From NCBI GenBank assembly GCA_001938485.1, contig MQRK01235125.1, positions 1-64,000 of the forward strand: 64,000 nucleotides of DNA. Reading direction: 5' to 3'. The stretch is from Girardia tigrina (lineage: Eukaryota). The notes beneath the pieces were generated by a model. That model had not been told where the DNA came from, searched no databases, and saw nothing but the letters and a program-made list of their open reading frames with translations. Below are positions 23,797 through 34,820 of the stretch, piece after piece; positions within the stretch are counted from its first letter, which is position 1; each line of letters begins with the position of its first letter. The translations under genes and the position numbers were made by a program.

Positions 23797-24240
23797 TGTC
23801 ACAAGTGTGAATCCTTGTACATTGGAGAAACAAATCGCCATATCCGCACTAGAATAGCTGAACATACCCAATTGAGTAGGAATAGCTCGATTCTAGATCA
23901 CATTAAAAAAATGCAGAAATAGAGATAAAGTTAACTATGAAACTGAATTTACAGTTTTGAAGAAAAATTTTGACACATATTATGAGAGGATAGTCACTGA
24001 GGCATTATTAATAAAGTATTTAAAACCATGCTTAAATGTTCAAAGTGAATTATCCAATCATATTAAAATTTTTTAATATTAATTAAAAAAAAGAAAAAAA
24101 AAGATTAATTGCGTAAAAGTCAATGTGCCATATAAATGACTTGTAATTTGAAATTTACTTCACAACTGATGATGCCGTAATGACGAAACATGTTTTGACA
24201 AATAAAAAACTTTTTAAATGGCGTTTTTATTCATATTTTT
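23797..24240 (+). mobile_element. 3' fragment of a Penelope-like element (GIY-YIG endonuclease + pseudo-LTR)
   Basis: CHKCESLYIGETNRHIRTRIAEH...ERIVTEALLIKYLKPCLNVQ, followed by a hammerhead motif and AATAAA. Confidence 0.88.
24161..24198 (+). ncRNA. Minimal type I hammerhead ribozyme (Penelope-associated, partly degenerate)
   Basis: CAA-CTGATGA-T-GCCGTAATGAC-GAAA-CATG-TT-TTG. Palindromic stem III ACATGT. One stem II mismatch. Confidence 0.7.
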
Positions 24241-24380
24241 ACAAATAAATTGCCATTAAATCTTAATATATATTACAAACGATGACGTAAATTCGCAATA
24301 AGATCTAACTCGCCAATGTGTGGGGTTAATTTTGATTACACTACATTTCTGTGCGTAATCGCTGAATCTTGCTACGCAAT

Positions 24381-24550
24381 TGCTTCATCGAAATTCAACA
24401 CCGGGTTTGGAATGTTCCTCCGGTGATCGGGAAATGATTTTCCCTCCAGAATTTCTCGATTTCGTGAGAGCTTCTAACCAGCAGAGAATTTTTGTAGAAG
24501 TTTTTCTTGTATTTCCTCGGATGAATATCACTCAAGTCCACTTCTTTTAA
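24381..24550 (-). pseudogene. N-terminal DDX5/DDX17/Dbp2-type DEAD-box helicase fragment
   Basis: LKEVDLSDIHPRKYKKNFYKNSLLVRSSHEIEKFWRENHFPITG/NIPNPVLNFDEA resembles p68 KFEKNFY...EVETYR...ITVRG.NCPKPVLNFYEA. One frameshift. Confidence 0.7.
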
Positions 24551-24869
24551 TTTAATTTCTATTGCGGCTTTATTATTTTTGAACTCGTGATAACGAAGAC
24601 GATGAAGAAAAGTAACTCATCAACTTATATGAACTCAAAAATTTGAATAAGAACATTTTTATATTTATTAGCAAAATACAATAAAAGAAATTGTATTTAT
24701 CACAATTATTATTAGCATCGTAATAAGGACATGAGCCATATAAAGTTTATACATATATAGTATTGAGTCTTAGGAACTCTTTTTTGATATTTTTATGGAT
24801 TTAAATTATATCAGATCCAGTAATAACAGTGACATTATTTCTTTTGTCGTGCAGTGAAAAGTCAGTGGA

Positions 24870-25276
24870 AAGTGCAGGTAACTAAATACCTATGTTGGAA
24901 GAAGTAATTTCATGCAAGGAAGCCCATCGTGCTTCAAACACCATACATGCAGGAAATATACAATTTCATTGCGAGCAGTCAACTATTTGTTTAACGAGAA
25001 GTCAAAATTGCATGTTATTGCAATCAGATACACCAATGTCCTGCTTGTATAGCTTGTAAGCTCAGATACACTTGTATAGTTTGATACTTAAAAAAGCTGC
25101 GCAGATTGCTCTGAAGCTCAGAGTTGATTTCACACGAACACACAGTTGACTGAAGCAACTGAAGGCTAGAGAGGGCATCACTTTTCACCGTATACACGGT
25201 GAAAAGACTGCAGCTGATACATTGGGTTCTGAGAACTGGATTGAAAATATTGTTGGAGTATTGGGTAGATATTTCA

Positions 25277-25308
<32 letters not shown>

Positions 25309-26660
25309 NNNNNNNNNNNNNNNNNNNNNNNNNNNNNNNNNNNNNNNNNNNNNNNNNNNNNATAAAATATATTAGATCTTTATGACAATTACAAAATACG
25401 AAACCTTAAAAACTTATTTAAATTTATTGTAGGCGGTGGGATAATATATCCTCACGACACCTTCTTATTTAAATTACGATATTAAACAACTTTATAACAA
25501 ATCAATTGATAGTTTTGAATGGATTATCTTTCGGTCAATAACTTTTGCATATTGACTAATAATTTCGATGTATATTTATACTAAATTCGATTTCATGCAC
25601 AGTTCAGGGTCCAAACCATGATCGTCCAAAGTACAGTTACTAAAAATAAATCAACTAGGTCGAAGTGCAAAACCAATTAAGGTTTATTAACTTTTAATTA
25701 ACTTTTATTGTACTTTTTTATTCTTTTCTTTCCTTTTTACTTCTCTAACATTTTTAATTAATTTATTTATAATTTGATGTTTAATGTTTTTATTCTTTAT
25801 GTAAATATTCTATTTTTCTAATCATTTTTATTCTTATTATTTATTTGTTTCTATTATTGATTTTATAGTAAAAAGTAAATAATTTTCTTATTTTACCGAT
25901 TTAAACAAAATTTAAATTTTAAAACTTTATTAATATTTTTATACTCAACAATATTCTTCTTGGAATACTGGAGAAGTACAGTTCAATCGCCCAGTACAAT
26001 TTGTATGGAACTGGTCTGCTTTATCGAGCAACACCATTGGGTACACTGGCGGACAATGGAAGTAATCCAACTGATGGTAACACGATAAAAGAACGGCTTA
26101 CGTTAGTCATTTTCACCAATATCAGTGGATCTGACAAGTGTATCTTTGTCATAGGAAAATCGGTCAGACCATGGTGTTTTAAAGAATTAAAAAATGTACC
26201 ACTGCCATATTTTACAAATTCGAATTCGTGGACGACAGCCTACCTATTATCCCATATTTGCGAAACATTCGATGCCGACATGCGAAAAAAACATACAATT
26301 AATTCTTATTGTTGATGATGCATCATGTCATAAATGCACGTCACTCACAAATGTAAAACTGTTGTTTCTCCCTTCAAACACAACATCTCTTATTCACCCG
26401 CTTGATCAGGGCATTATTCGTGCATTCAAATATCATTACAGCACAGCAGCGATGAGATACATTCTCTGCGTTATGGATGCCTCGGGCAAAGATGTAATTG
26501 ATGTAGCTCGAGGAGTGGATGTGTTGCAATGGATGCATTGGATAAAAACTGCCTTTCAACTTGTATCTACCACCACTATCAATAATTGATTCAGGAAAGC
26601 TGGTTTTATCGCTCAAGGTGAGCTTCAAGACGATTGTCTGGAAATTGAGTACATTGCAGA
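24870..26660 (+). mobile_element. Decayed Tigger/pogo (CENP-B HTH + DDE_1) transposon, interrupted by a solo LTR
   Basis: LKAREGITFHRIHGE, TGLLYRATP, KERLTLVIFTNISGSDK, VIGKSVRPWCFK, LIVDDASCH, FLPSNTTSLIHPLDQGIIRAFK. Boundaries approximate. Confidence 0.88.
25251..25950. mobile_element. Solo LTR (TGTTGGAGTA...TACTCAACA) with 4-bp ATAT target-site duplication
   Basis: Terminal inverted repeats and ATAT on both sides. Removing it restores the Tigger frame WIENILLGILEKY. Confidence 0.8.
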
Positions 26661-26664
26661 TGTA

Positions 26665-26898
26665 CTTAGAGGAATTAATAGCGTTTAGCTAAATGAAATG
26701 GAGCAATAACAGGTCTGTGATGCCCTTAGATGTCCGGGGCCGCACGCGCGCTACAATGGCAGTAACAGCGAGTTTTATTCCTAGNNNNNNNNNNNNNNNN
26801 NNNNNNNNNNNNNNNNNNNNNNTCAGGAATAGTGGATTGAAATTATCCCACTTGAACGAGGAATTCCTAGTAAGTACAAGTCACTAACTTGTGCTGAT

Positions 26899-26942
<44 letters not shown>
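26665..26942 (+). rRNA. Isolated 18S rRNA 3'-region fragment (orphan, non-functional)
   Basis: GCAATAACAGGTCTGTGATGCCCTTAGATGT, GCACGCGCGCTACA, AACGAGGAATTCCTAGTAAG, GATTACGTCCCTGCCCTTTGTACACACCGCCCGTCGCTACTACCGAT. No rDNA flanks. Confidence 0.93.
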
Positions 26943-27203
26943 CAATCGGTAGAAATTGTGTAGAAAATTGTAGTAATTGTGTAGAAAAACGTTCAGGAGT
27001 CAATATTGTCTAATAAGATCCAGACTAAATTGAACGAGTTCTTCATGAGACAGTCGATACCCCAAGTAATAATACTGAGCATACGAAAGAAACAAGAAAA
27101 TCAAATTGGAATAAAATAATTCGTTTACTTTTCTTTTCTGAAATATGTATCGTAACTTTTGTTTGTATTTCTCTTATATTTATAAAATACAATTAATACA
27201 CAT

Positions 27204-27698
27204 AGGGACCATCCATATATTATGTACGCACTGAAAGGGGATGGGTGGTGTTTAAATTTAAAAGATTTTGCGTATGGGTGCGTATGATAATGGGGTTTGG
27301 TAATTATTAAATATGTAAACATACAATGCTTTTCTTAAAAACATCTTTTTATTTTTCTGCTCTGTGAACACACCATCATTCTATCAACAAAGGTGGAATA
27401 TAAAATCTAATAAAGAATTAAATGCTGGTATAAAAATATAGAGTTGGAATTGTAAGATTCTCGGACGCATATTGTTGTTGTTCTGTTCCTTTTTGCTTTA
27501 CTCTAATAATATAGGGGATTTTGCATACAATACACGCAGCCAGCATTTGTTATGATACAGTGTTTGTTGGAAAAAATTTAGAACATTGTATAAAAATGTT
27601 GGTTAGAGATTCAATTTGTATGTGCTTATGGTAGTTCAAAATGTACAGGGTGCAATGGGGGGTTAAAATATTAACTTATTTAATAAATAGATGGCCCT
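27204..27698. mobile_element. Degenerate Harbinger-like MITE
   Basis: Imperfect TIR AGGGACCATCCATATATTA ... TAATAAATAGATGGCCCT. Confidence 0.5.
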
Positions 27699-29849
27699 AT
27701 ATTTATTATTATTCAACATTAATGTATCGAATACTATTGGACGAAATTAGAGGCTAATGAGAATTCAAAAGTGATATCCAATCAGCCGGAACCAAACATG
27801 CTCTGTTAATTGTACATTATACAGCTTTCAGTATCGTCCAGGGAATGTAACATCAATCCCGAGAACATCGCACTAACCAGCATCGACAGTATAATATTTT
27901 TGATGCTTTATTATTTCCCTGTTGCAATACATTCCGCATCGATTTATGCGCCAATCGACCAACTGAATCTCACATTGTGACATAATATTAATAATCGTCA
28001 CTTAAAAATTTAATCTTTGCATTTTTCTATCAGATATTCGACCATTTCAGTTATCGCCGAAATGAGCGACTGTGTCCAACTGTTTTGAAGCAACATAAAT
28101 CAATAAATTAAATAACAATTGTAAATCAATAGAAACAAAATCAATTTTTATTGAAAAAAAACTCCCTAAAATATTTATTCATCAAATAAAATCTCAAATG
28201 GAATCAATGGCGTTCGGATATCGATCTAAAAACGATTAATGGTTAATGAGAAAAGCAATAGGAAAATTAAAATATATGATCGAATCGATAACGAAATCAG
28301 AGAACCAAATCATCACGATCAGATGACACGCGTATCACTCATCACGATCGATCAGCGAGTTGATTAGAAATTATTAAAAAAATACCGTTTTGTTAAAAAA
28401 AATCTGAGATGGTATAAATATTATTGATCGATTTCAACAAAGCATTATTCTCATTAGATGAAAATGGCGGTATTAATGCGATTATTAAAACAAACTGAAT
28501 TATTTAAAAACGAATTTTGTGTTTGATTGAAATTATTAAAAAATATTCCGGTTTATAGAAGTTAGAAAAAATATTTTTAAACACGAATCTTTTAAGGAAA
28601 TTTAGAATTGTTTTTTATACATCTATACGTTTAATTAATTATTTTACTATCCAAATGTATAATATCGTAATATTAGTAATTAGTGCTTTGTTTCTCATCT
28701 GAAATTATTATATTATTAAAATTAAAGTTTTGATAAATCGTAATTTTAAGTATTATTTAAAATGTATTTATTTTACCTATAAATTGTAGTATTTACTTTC
28801 ATTATGCAAAAATTATGTGAATTTCAGATGTTGCTCATTATTAGGAAAATGAGTAAAGAAACTAGTGTTTTAACAATTATTTTGTCATTTATTTCTTGTT
28901 TTTCCATTCTTTTTGTTAGCTTACTTTATATATATATTACTGCGTATTCATAGAATTTATAAACCTATTTTTGAAGGCTTTTTAGTCAATCAATTTTATT
29001 CAATCTTTGCACACTTACTAATTTTCGATGACAATAAATGATAATCTGAAAATCTTATCGAAAAAAACTTTTTAAGGTCCCAAAATTCTAAAAAAACATG
29101 GAAAATTCGGGGTGTTGCGGTTGCGCATGGGTTGGTCCCCCTACGAGGCATTATTGAGGGAGAATGGTTTTATTTATTTTAAGGAATTCATTAAAAGAGA
29201 AATATAAATATATAATAAAATTCTCCAATTCGTCAGCTTTTGGATGTGACATCTTCTTCCATCGTTTGTATATCACCCTGTGGATCTCCTTCAGGAAGAA
29301 TCGAACATCAAACACCAATCGAGTTATTTTGTGATCTTTTTCTATGATTCTTTATCCGTATTACCTGGATATCACTCGCTGTAATTTTGCTTTTCTGTAT
29401 TTCATAATTTGCCTTCATTCTGCGCCTCTTAACAATCAATCTCAGAACTTTTAATAACAGGTTTACTACGTTGTCCAGTTGTCCATTGATTGATGGTTTG
29501 TCGAGCTCCGCGAAATGTTTCTTCGATTGTAGCATTCTAAATATTCAATAATTAAATATTCAATATTTTGACGAATTTTGAGTCACATTACCTTCAGGGT
29601 GAAATATAATAGTTCAATGTACATAAAAACTCACATAAAAAATCACATACAGTCGTTGGCGCGCTTAAAGTCTGGATCATGGCTTAGCCCCCAAAAATCG
29701 TTTATCGTTGACATTTTGGAGTTTCAAACCCTTTGGCAAGATTCTGAGCGCCCAGGTTATATGTGACCGCCCTCGGTAAATCTTGTTAAGTGCGGTACTT
29801 GACACAATTCTTTATATGACATCTACGAATAGTGCCAGACTTTGAGTTA

Positions 29850-30210
29850 CCTTCGGGTTCAATCTGACACGATTAGTCCCCGGTCAGAGACAACAGGGTC
29901 CAAGGAGCATAATTTTATTTATAGCCTATTTACATGGGAGAACTCATTCATGTTCACGCTCAGGAAAAAGGAATGTTATGTCGTATTGATACACCATGCA
30001 TTATCCTCGAGACATACGATACGGTTATAGCATTTATGTTACTTATACACACAATTGTAGTTGATGACGTATACCAACTATGTTGTTAATCTCGGACCAA
30101 TCTCATAAATATATTCAACTCTACTTCTAACCATACGATCATTAAACACTCTCAGAGAAGGAAAGGACAATATGGTAACAGCTGACTGCCTTCAATGATG
30201 TCTTCGTCAA
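29850..30210 (+). mobile_element. Highly degenerate Ty3/Gypsy RNase H remnant
   Basis: KKECYVV and GKDNMVTADCL resemble EKECLAV and GKDNxVADxLSR. Confidence 0.45.
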
Positions 30211-31849
30211 GTCTATTTCTCTTTATCGAATCAATTTAAAAGTTATTATTTGTAAGACCCGTTAAGTTGTAGACTCTTATTTAATTGTCTACGGAAAATC
30301 GCATATATTATTATTTCGAACAGTATTATTATTACTTATATGTTTATATTACTATTAAACGTTATTCATATTCACAAAACTATAACAATATTATTTTGCC
30401 ATTTTATGCATTATTCTTTCGCACGTTATTACAATTATTTAAACGTTATTATCATATTATTAAACATTATTAGTATTTACAAAACTGTAGCAATATTATT
30501 TTACTAATCAAATCACTTAGACAAAATAAAATATAAGTAGAAGGAGTTTCCTGACATTATTAATTCGTTAAATAAAACCAGACTTAAATTAGGTAAAATG
30601 AAGTGGCATTATCCACTCAATCGTACATCATAATCTCGACGATCCTCAACCACTCACGCTAAACTCTCGATTGGGAAACCAGACATAAATTTGAGTCGAA
30701 AATCTTTTATTCATAGACCTGAGCTCTCCCATACAACGATATGGATGAGATTCACAAACTAAGATGTAATCCATAGAATATGTACAGTACATGATATTAT
30801 AATGATGCGATTTTACAAGACACGATAAAATTAATGGTAATTTTAAAATTAAAGAACACGATAATATAAAAACCTTAATTTCACAAGACACGGTTATACT
30901 GAAACAGATTATAATTAGTCTAAGAAATAACTTAATATAAATTAAAAAAATATTTCAAGTTTTTACCAACGGTACAACTCAACGTGCACTAGAACCTACA
31001 AAGTAATATGATAATCTGACCTAAGACGAAACCTAGAACGGAACTTAAATCATTATAATAAATAAAAAAGTTTTATATTTTATCAATAACCAATATTTTA
31101 GATTCTGTTTATACATTTAATAACCGGATAATTAACGAACAACAAAAAAAATCAGCATTTTATTTAATATGTACTAGACTAATAAAATAAGAGAGTGCAT
31201 TGAAATAAAAAATTTTATTCCGAATCATCAAAAATCACATACTTTAAGGCTCGTAAAAAATAATGGTTCACGGTCCAAAATAAAATAAATACTGGATTAA
31301 TGAAAGAAGACATTAAACTTTTAAAATAAAATTTTATTCAGAATCATTAAAATCATAGCAGTTCACAGTCATTCAAAAGATAATTAAAATAAATTAAATT
31401 CTCAGAAGATTGTGTAAGTTTTATTTGATTTTCTGACATCTGCCTTTAACTTATTATTTTTACTTAAAGGTTGATGAAGGGTGGTCGACCTATCCGAAAC
31501 AATTGACCGAAATGTTCGGGCTGAGAAATTGCGATGTGCGCTATTGGGTATGATTCAGATTTGGAACAATTTTAATTCATTATTTTGTTCTGATAGGTCT
31601 ATCACCAGCGTCGGGAGTCACTCCAAAAGGTTCATCACCCCACGACATCATGGATTTATTCTCACACATATCGGGGATTTTATTTTAATAATTTTTTCCT
31701 TTATTTTTCTTTTGAAATTTTGTTTTATGTTATAAAGTTTTTATGATTTCAATAGTTCATTTCAAATTTTCGGTTTCATTGCATTTTGTGAGTTGTGGAT
31801 ATTTATGATTATTAGTAGTATTATACAAATTAATTTGATAATAGGTACG

Positions 31850-32284
31850 GATCGGGTCGCAACACTCTTCCAACACGATATGGCACCAATCCAAACATCG
31901 CACCTCATTAAGGATTTCTTCGAAACAAGTGGCATAAATGTAATACAAAGCCCCGATTTGAACCAATTCGAATTCCTTTAGGATGAAGTAGACCAACGCG
32001 TTCGTAAAAGGCATGTGCTTCTATGGAATGCCACTGAATTGAAACTTCAGCTGCGGAAGAATGGGTGAATATTCCTCTTCAGCTTCTGAAAATATTTGTC
32101 GATTCTCTGCCAAACCATGTAGGAGCAGTCATAAGAGCAAAATGAAACTGTACTAAATACTAATTTTCCCATTTCCTCACCTGTTTTCTGCATTATATTT
32201 GTGTTTTAATGTTATAGAATTCATTGCGACCAGTTAAAAGTATTAAAAAGCTACTGACCGAAGACTTTTGGTAGGACAAGGTAT
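31850..32284 (+). mobile_element. 3' fragment of a Tc1 element
   Basis: FQHDMAPIQTS...QSPDLNQFEFL...EWVNIP...VDSLP...AVIRAK...TKY*, followed by a TIR-like end. Confidence 0.75.
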
Positions 32285-32287
32285 ATA

Positions 32288-34820
32288 CAGGGGTGGCCAT
32301 AAGTCGCTTTACCCAGTTTTAATAATAATAAACACAAAATTCTAAATGATACAACTTTTATTTAATCAGCGTACAATAATAATTTCAAAACAAAAACTTG
32401 AAAACAATTAAATCTTATCTTCAAAGTGTTGTCCTTCAGATTTAATATACAACTGGATTCTTCTCTGAACAGAGTGACAGATTCGTCGGCACAAGTCTTT
32501 ATCGTTGTTCAAGGCTGTAAATTCTGTAGTAATTCTTTCCTTAAACTCGGATGTGGTTAGAATATTTTGTGAGTAAACGCGTTCCTTCAGAATACTCCAC
32601 ATTGAATAATCACAAGGTTTCAGGTCCGGTGATTGTGGAGGCCATTCAGTGGTTCCTCTCCTACCGATCCACATCTCAAAAGTGTTAAGGCACTGAGTAA
32701 GGGATAACTTACTTTCCTTTACTCGGCTATTGTGCTTAACAAAGGAAGATCGAAAATCTTCAATTATTTTATTAAAATCTTTTACTAAGTTCGCTTAAGG
32801 TGTTACTCACAGAAATTTAATTTTTAATTTAAAACTTTTGTGATAACAAATGATCCATAATTATTTGCAAAACAAGAAAACAATTATTAAATATCAATAA
32901 TGCAAAACAAGAATTCTTTTTATAAAATTTTATTGATAAATATATAATAATAATTTACAAAACTCAGATTTAAAAGAATAAAATAGTTACAAATATCCTT
33001 TGTATGGTGCGGTAATTAGATCGCTTCGAAATCACCGTTTCGAAACTCTATCAATTTAGTAATATAAGATTATTATTTTAATATAATATAAATTAAATTT
33101 TATGGATTTTAAATATTTTATTTTAAGGAAAGTGTAATTAAATTATAGAAATCACCAGAAAAAAATTTAGCTTCAAGGCAACTGAACGCTGTCTTCTTCA
33201 GAAATTCAATTCACGGACTTCGTCGGGAAATTCAATCAACACAATAATCGTAAAAATTCGCTTTTCGTCGGAAAGTTCAATTCACGGAAAACGTGACTGG
33301 AAGCTTGGAATAAGAAAAATTTTAATTTTAAAATTTAAACATGAAAACAAAAATATTACCTAAGAAAAATTTTAATTTTAATCAACTATATTGCCGAGTA
33401 CTTTCTTAATATACAAAATCTGTTGCGTGGCCACATAATACAATTGTGGTAAAACGCGTGCTAAGAACGTCAAAAGAAAACGCATGGTTCGCGTAACTTA
33501 TTATGAGAAGAAAAAAAATAAAACGCGTGGCTCGCACAAAGAAAAAAGAATAGTGCATGCGGCCACCGCGAATATGGACGCACTATGCGTGACAGCAACG
33601 AATAGTGCGTAACGAAAGGTCTCACAAGCTCTAAACAAATAAATATAATAAAATAAATTTTAAATTTAAATATAAATAATACATATAAATTTTAAATTTA
33701 TTTTAATTAAAATTATAAATAATAAATAAAAACAATAAATAATATCTTCGTACTATTTAATGCGAAGAATACAAGAAAAAATAAATAAAACAATTAAATA
33801 AACAAAATAAACAAGGCACGTAAATAAATAACTAATGTCAAAAATAAATTGTTTTTATTTATATTTATTTTACATTCCACAACAAAAGTGTTATCCAAAA
33901 AGTCGCGTACATTTCTACCATTATGAGGGGGAGCACCGTCTTGCATCCAAACGTCGTTATCTGAGTCAAGCTGAGGTACGGCAAAATCACGCAGCATATC
34001 AAGATATAGCTGAGAATTGACCGTTCCATCAAAGAAGTATGGACCCAGCACACCAGTTGAACGTATTCCTCTCACACACAAATTCCTGGAGAAAGATTGT
34101 TGGTCTCCAATACCAGATGAGGATTATCATTGGAGTAGTTCACGGAATTATGCAAATTAACGTGACCATTCAACTTAAATGAAGCTTCGTCAGTCCAAAT
34201 AATTCTGTCCCTGATGTCAATGTTCTCATGGAGTTGTTGCTGTAACCATTCGCAAAATTCTATGTGCCTGTCATAATCGTCATCATTCATTTGATGGAGC
34301 AAACGAGGTCGCCAAACTTTCAACTCAATGTCCTTCATTATTCTACATAAACTTATGCGTGGTATATGCAACTGCAAACTTGCACGAACTGCAGATGTTG
34401 ATGGCGCAACTTTATAACTTTCTGATAGAAAGTTATAACATTTTCTTTATTTTCATCGGTATTCATATTGTTAGGGCGCCCACTTCTTTTCTTGTCGGTT
34501 ACAGAGCCGGTCTCGTGAAACTTTTTAGCCAAAACATGCATTGATTGTCGTGATGCATTGATTGTCGTGCAAATGCTGCAGCTACAGCTCTTGAATTTCT
34601 ATCATGCTTTATCCATTGCTTTACTATAAAAATTCGTTGCTGAAGTGTTAATTGTCGTGCAAATATTTCCAACAAAAATGAACAAAATGAAATAATTTTA
34701 AAAATTTTAAATAAGTAATTATTAAAACAAAAAATTTTATCTGGTTTTTGTTTATAAATCATTTAGAACATTGTGTTTATTATTATTAAAACTGGGTAAA
34801 GCTACTTATGGCCACCCCTG
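32288..34820 (-). mobile_element. Tc1/mariner superfamily element of the DD41D (rosa/Visitor) group, here DD40D, with a nested solo LTR
   Basis: ~50-bp TIRs CAGGGGTGGCCATAAGT...ACCCAGTTTTAATAATAATAAACACAA with TA TSDs. Motifs KRSGRP, WTDEASF, WMQDGAPPH, WIGRRG, WPPQSPDLKPCDY. Frameshifted. Confidence 0.92.
32683..33884. mobile_element. 1.2-kb solo LTR (TGTT...AACA) with AAAG target-site duplication
   Basis: AAAG at 32679-32682 and 33885-33888. Excision restores RDFLDNTFEMWIG in the transposase. Confidence 0.82.

Noticed and set aside
27730-28100. GC-richer coding-like islands (also 8880-9120, 11290-11690, 29220-29540, 34900-35500, 37740-38450)
   Set aside because: No recognisable motif by eye, and the frames I translated carry stops or match nothing I know. 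They need BLASTX.
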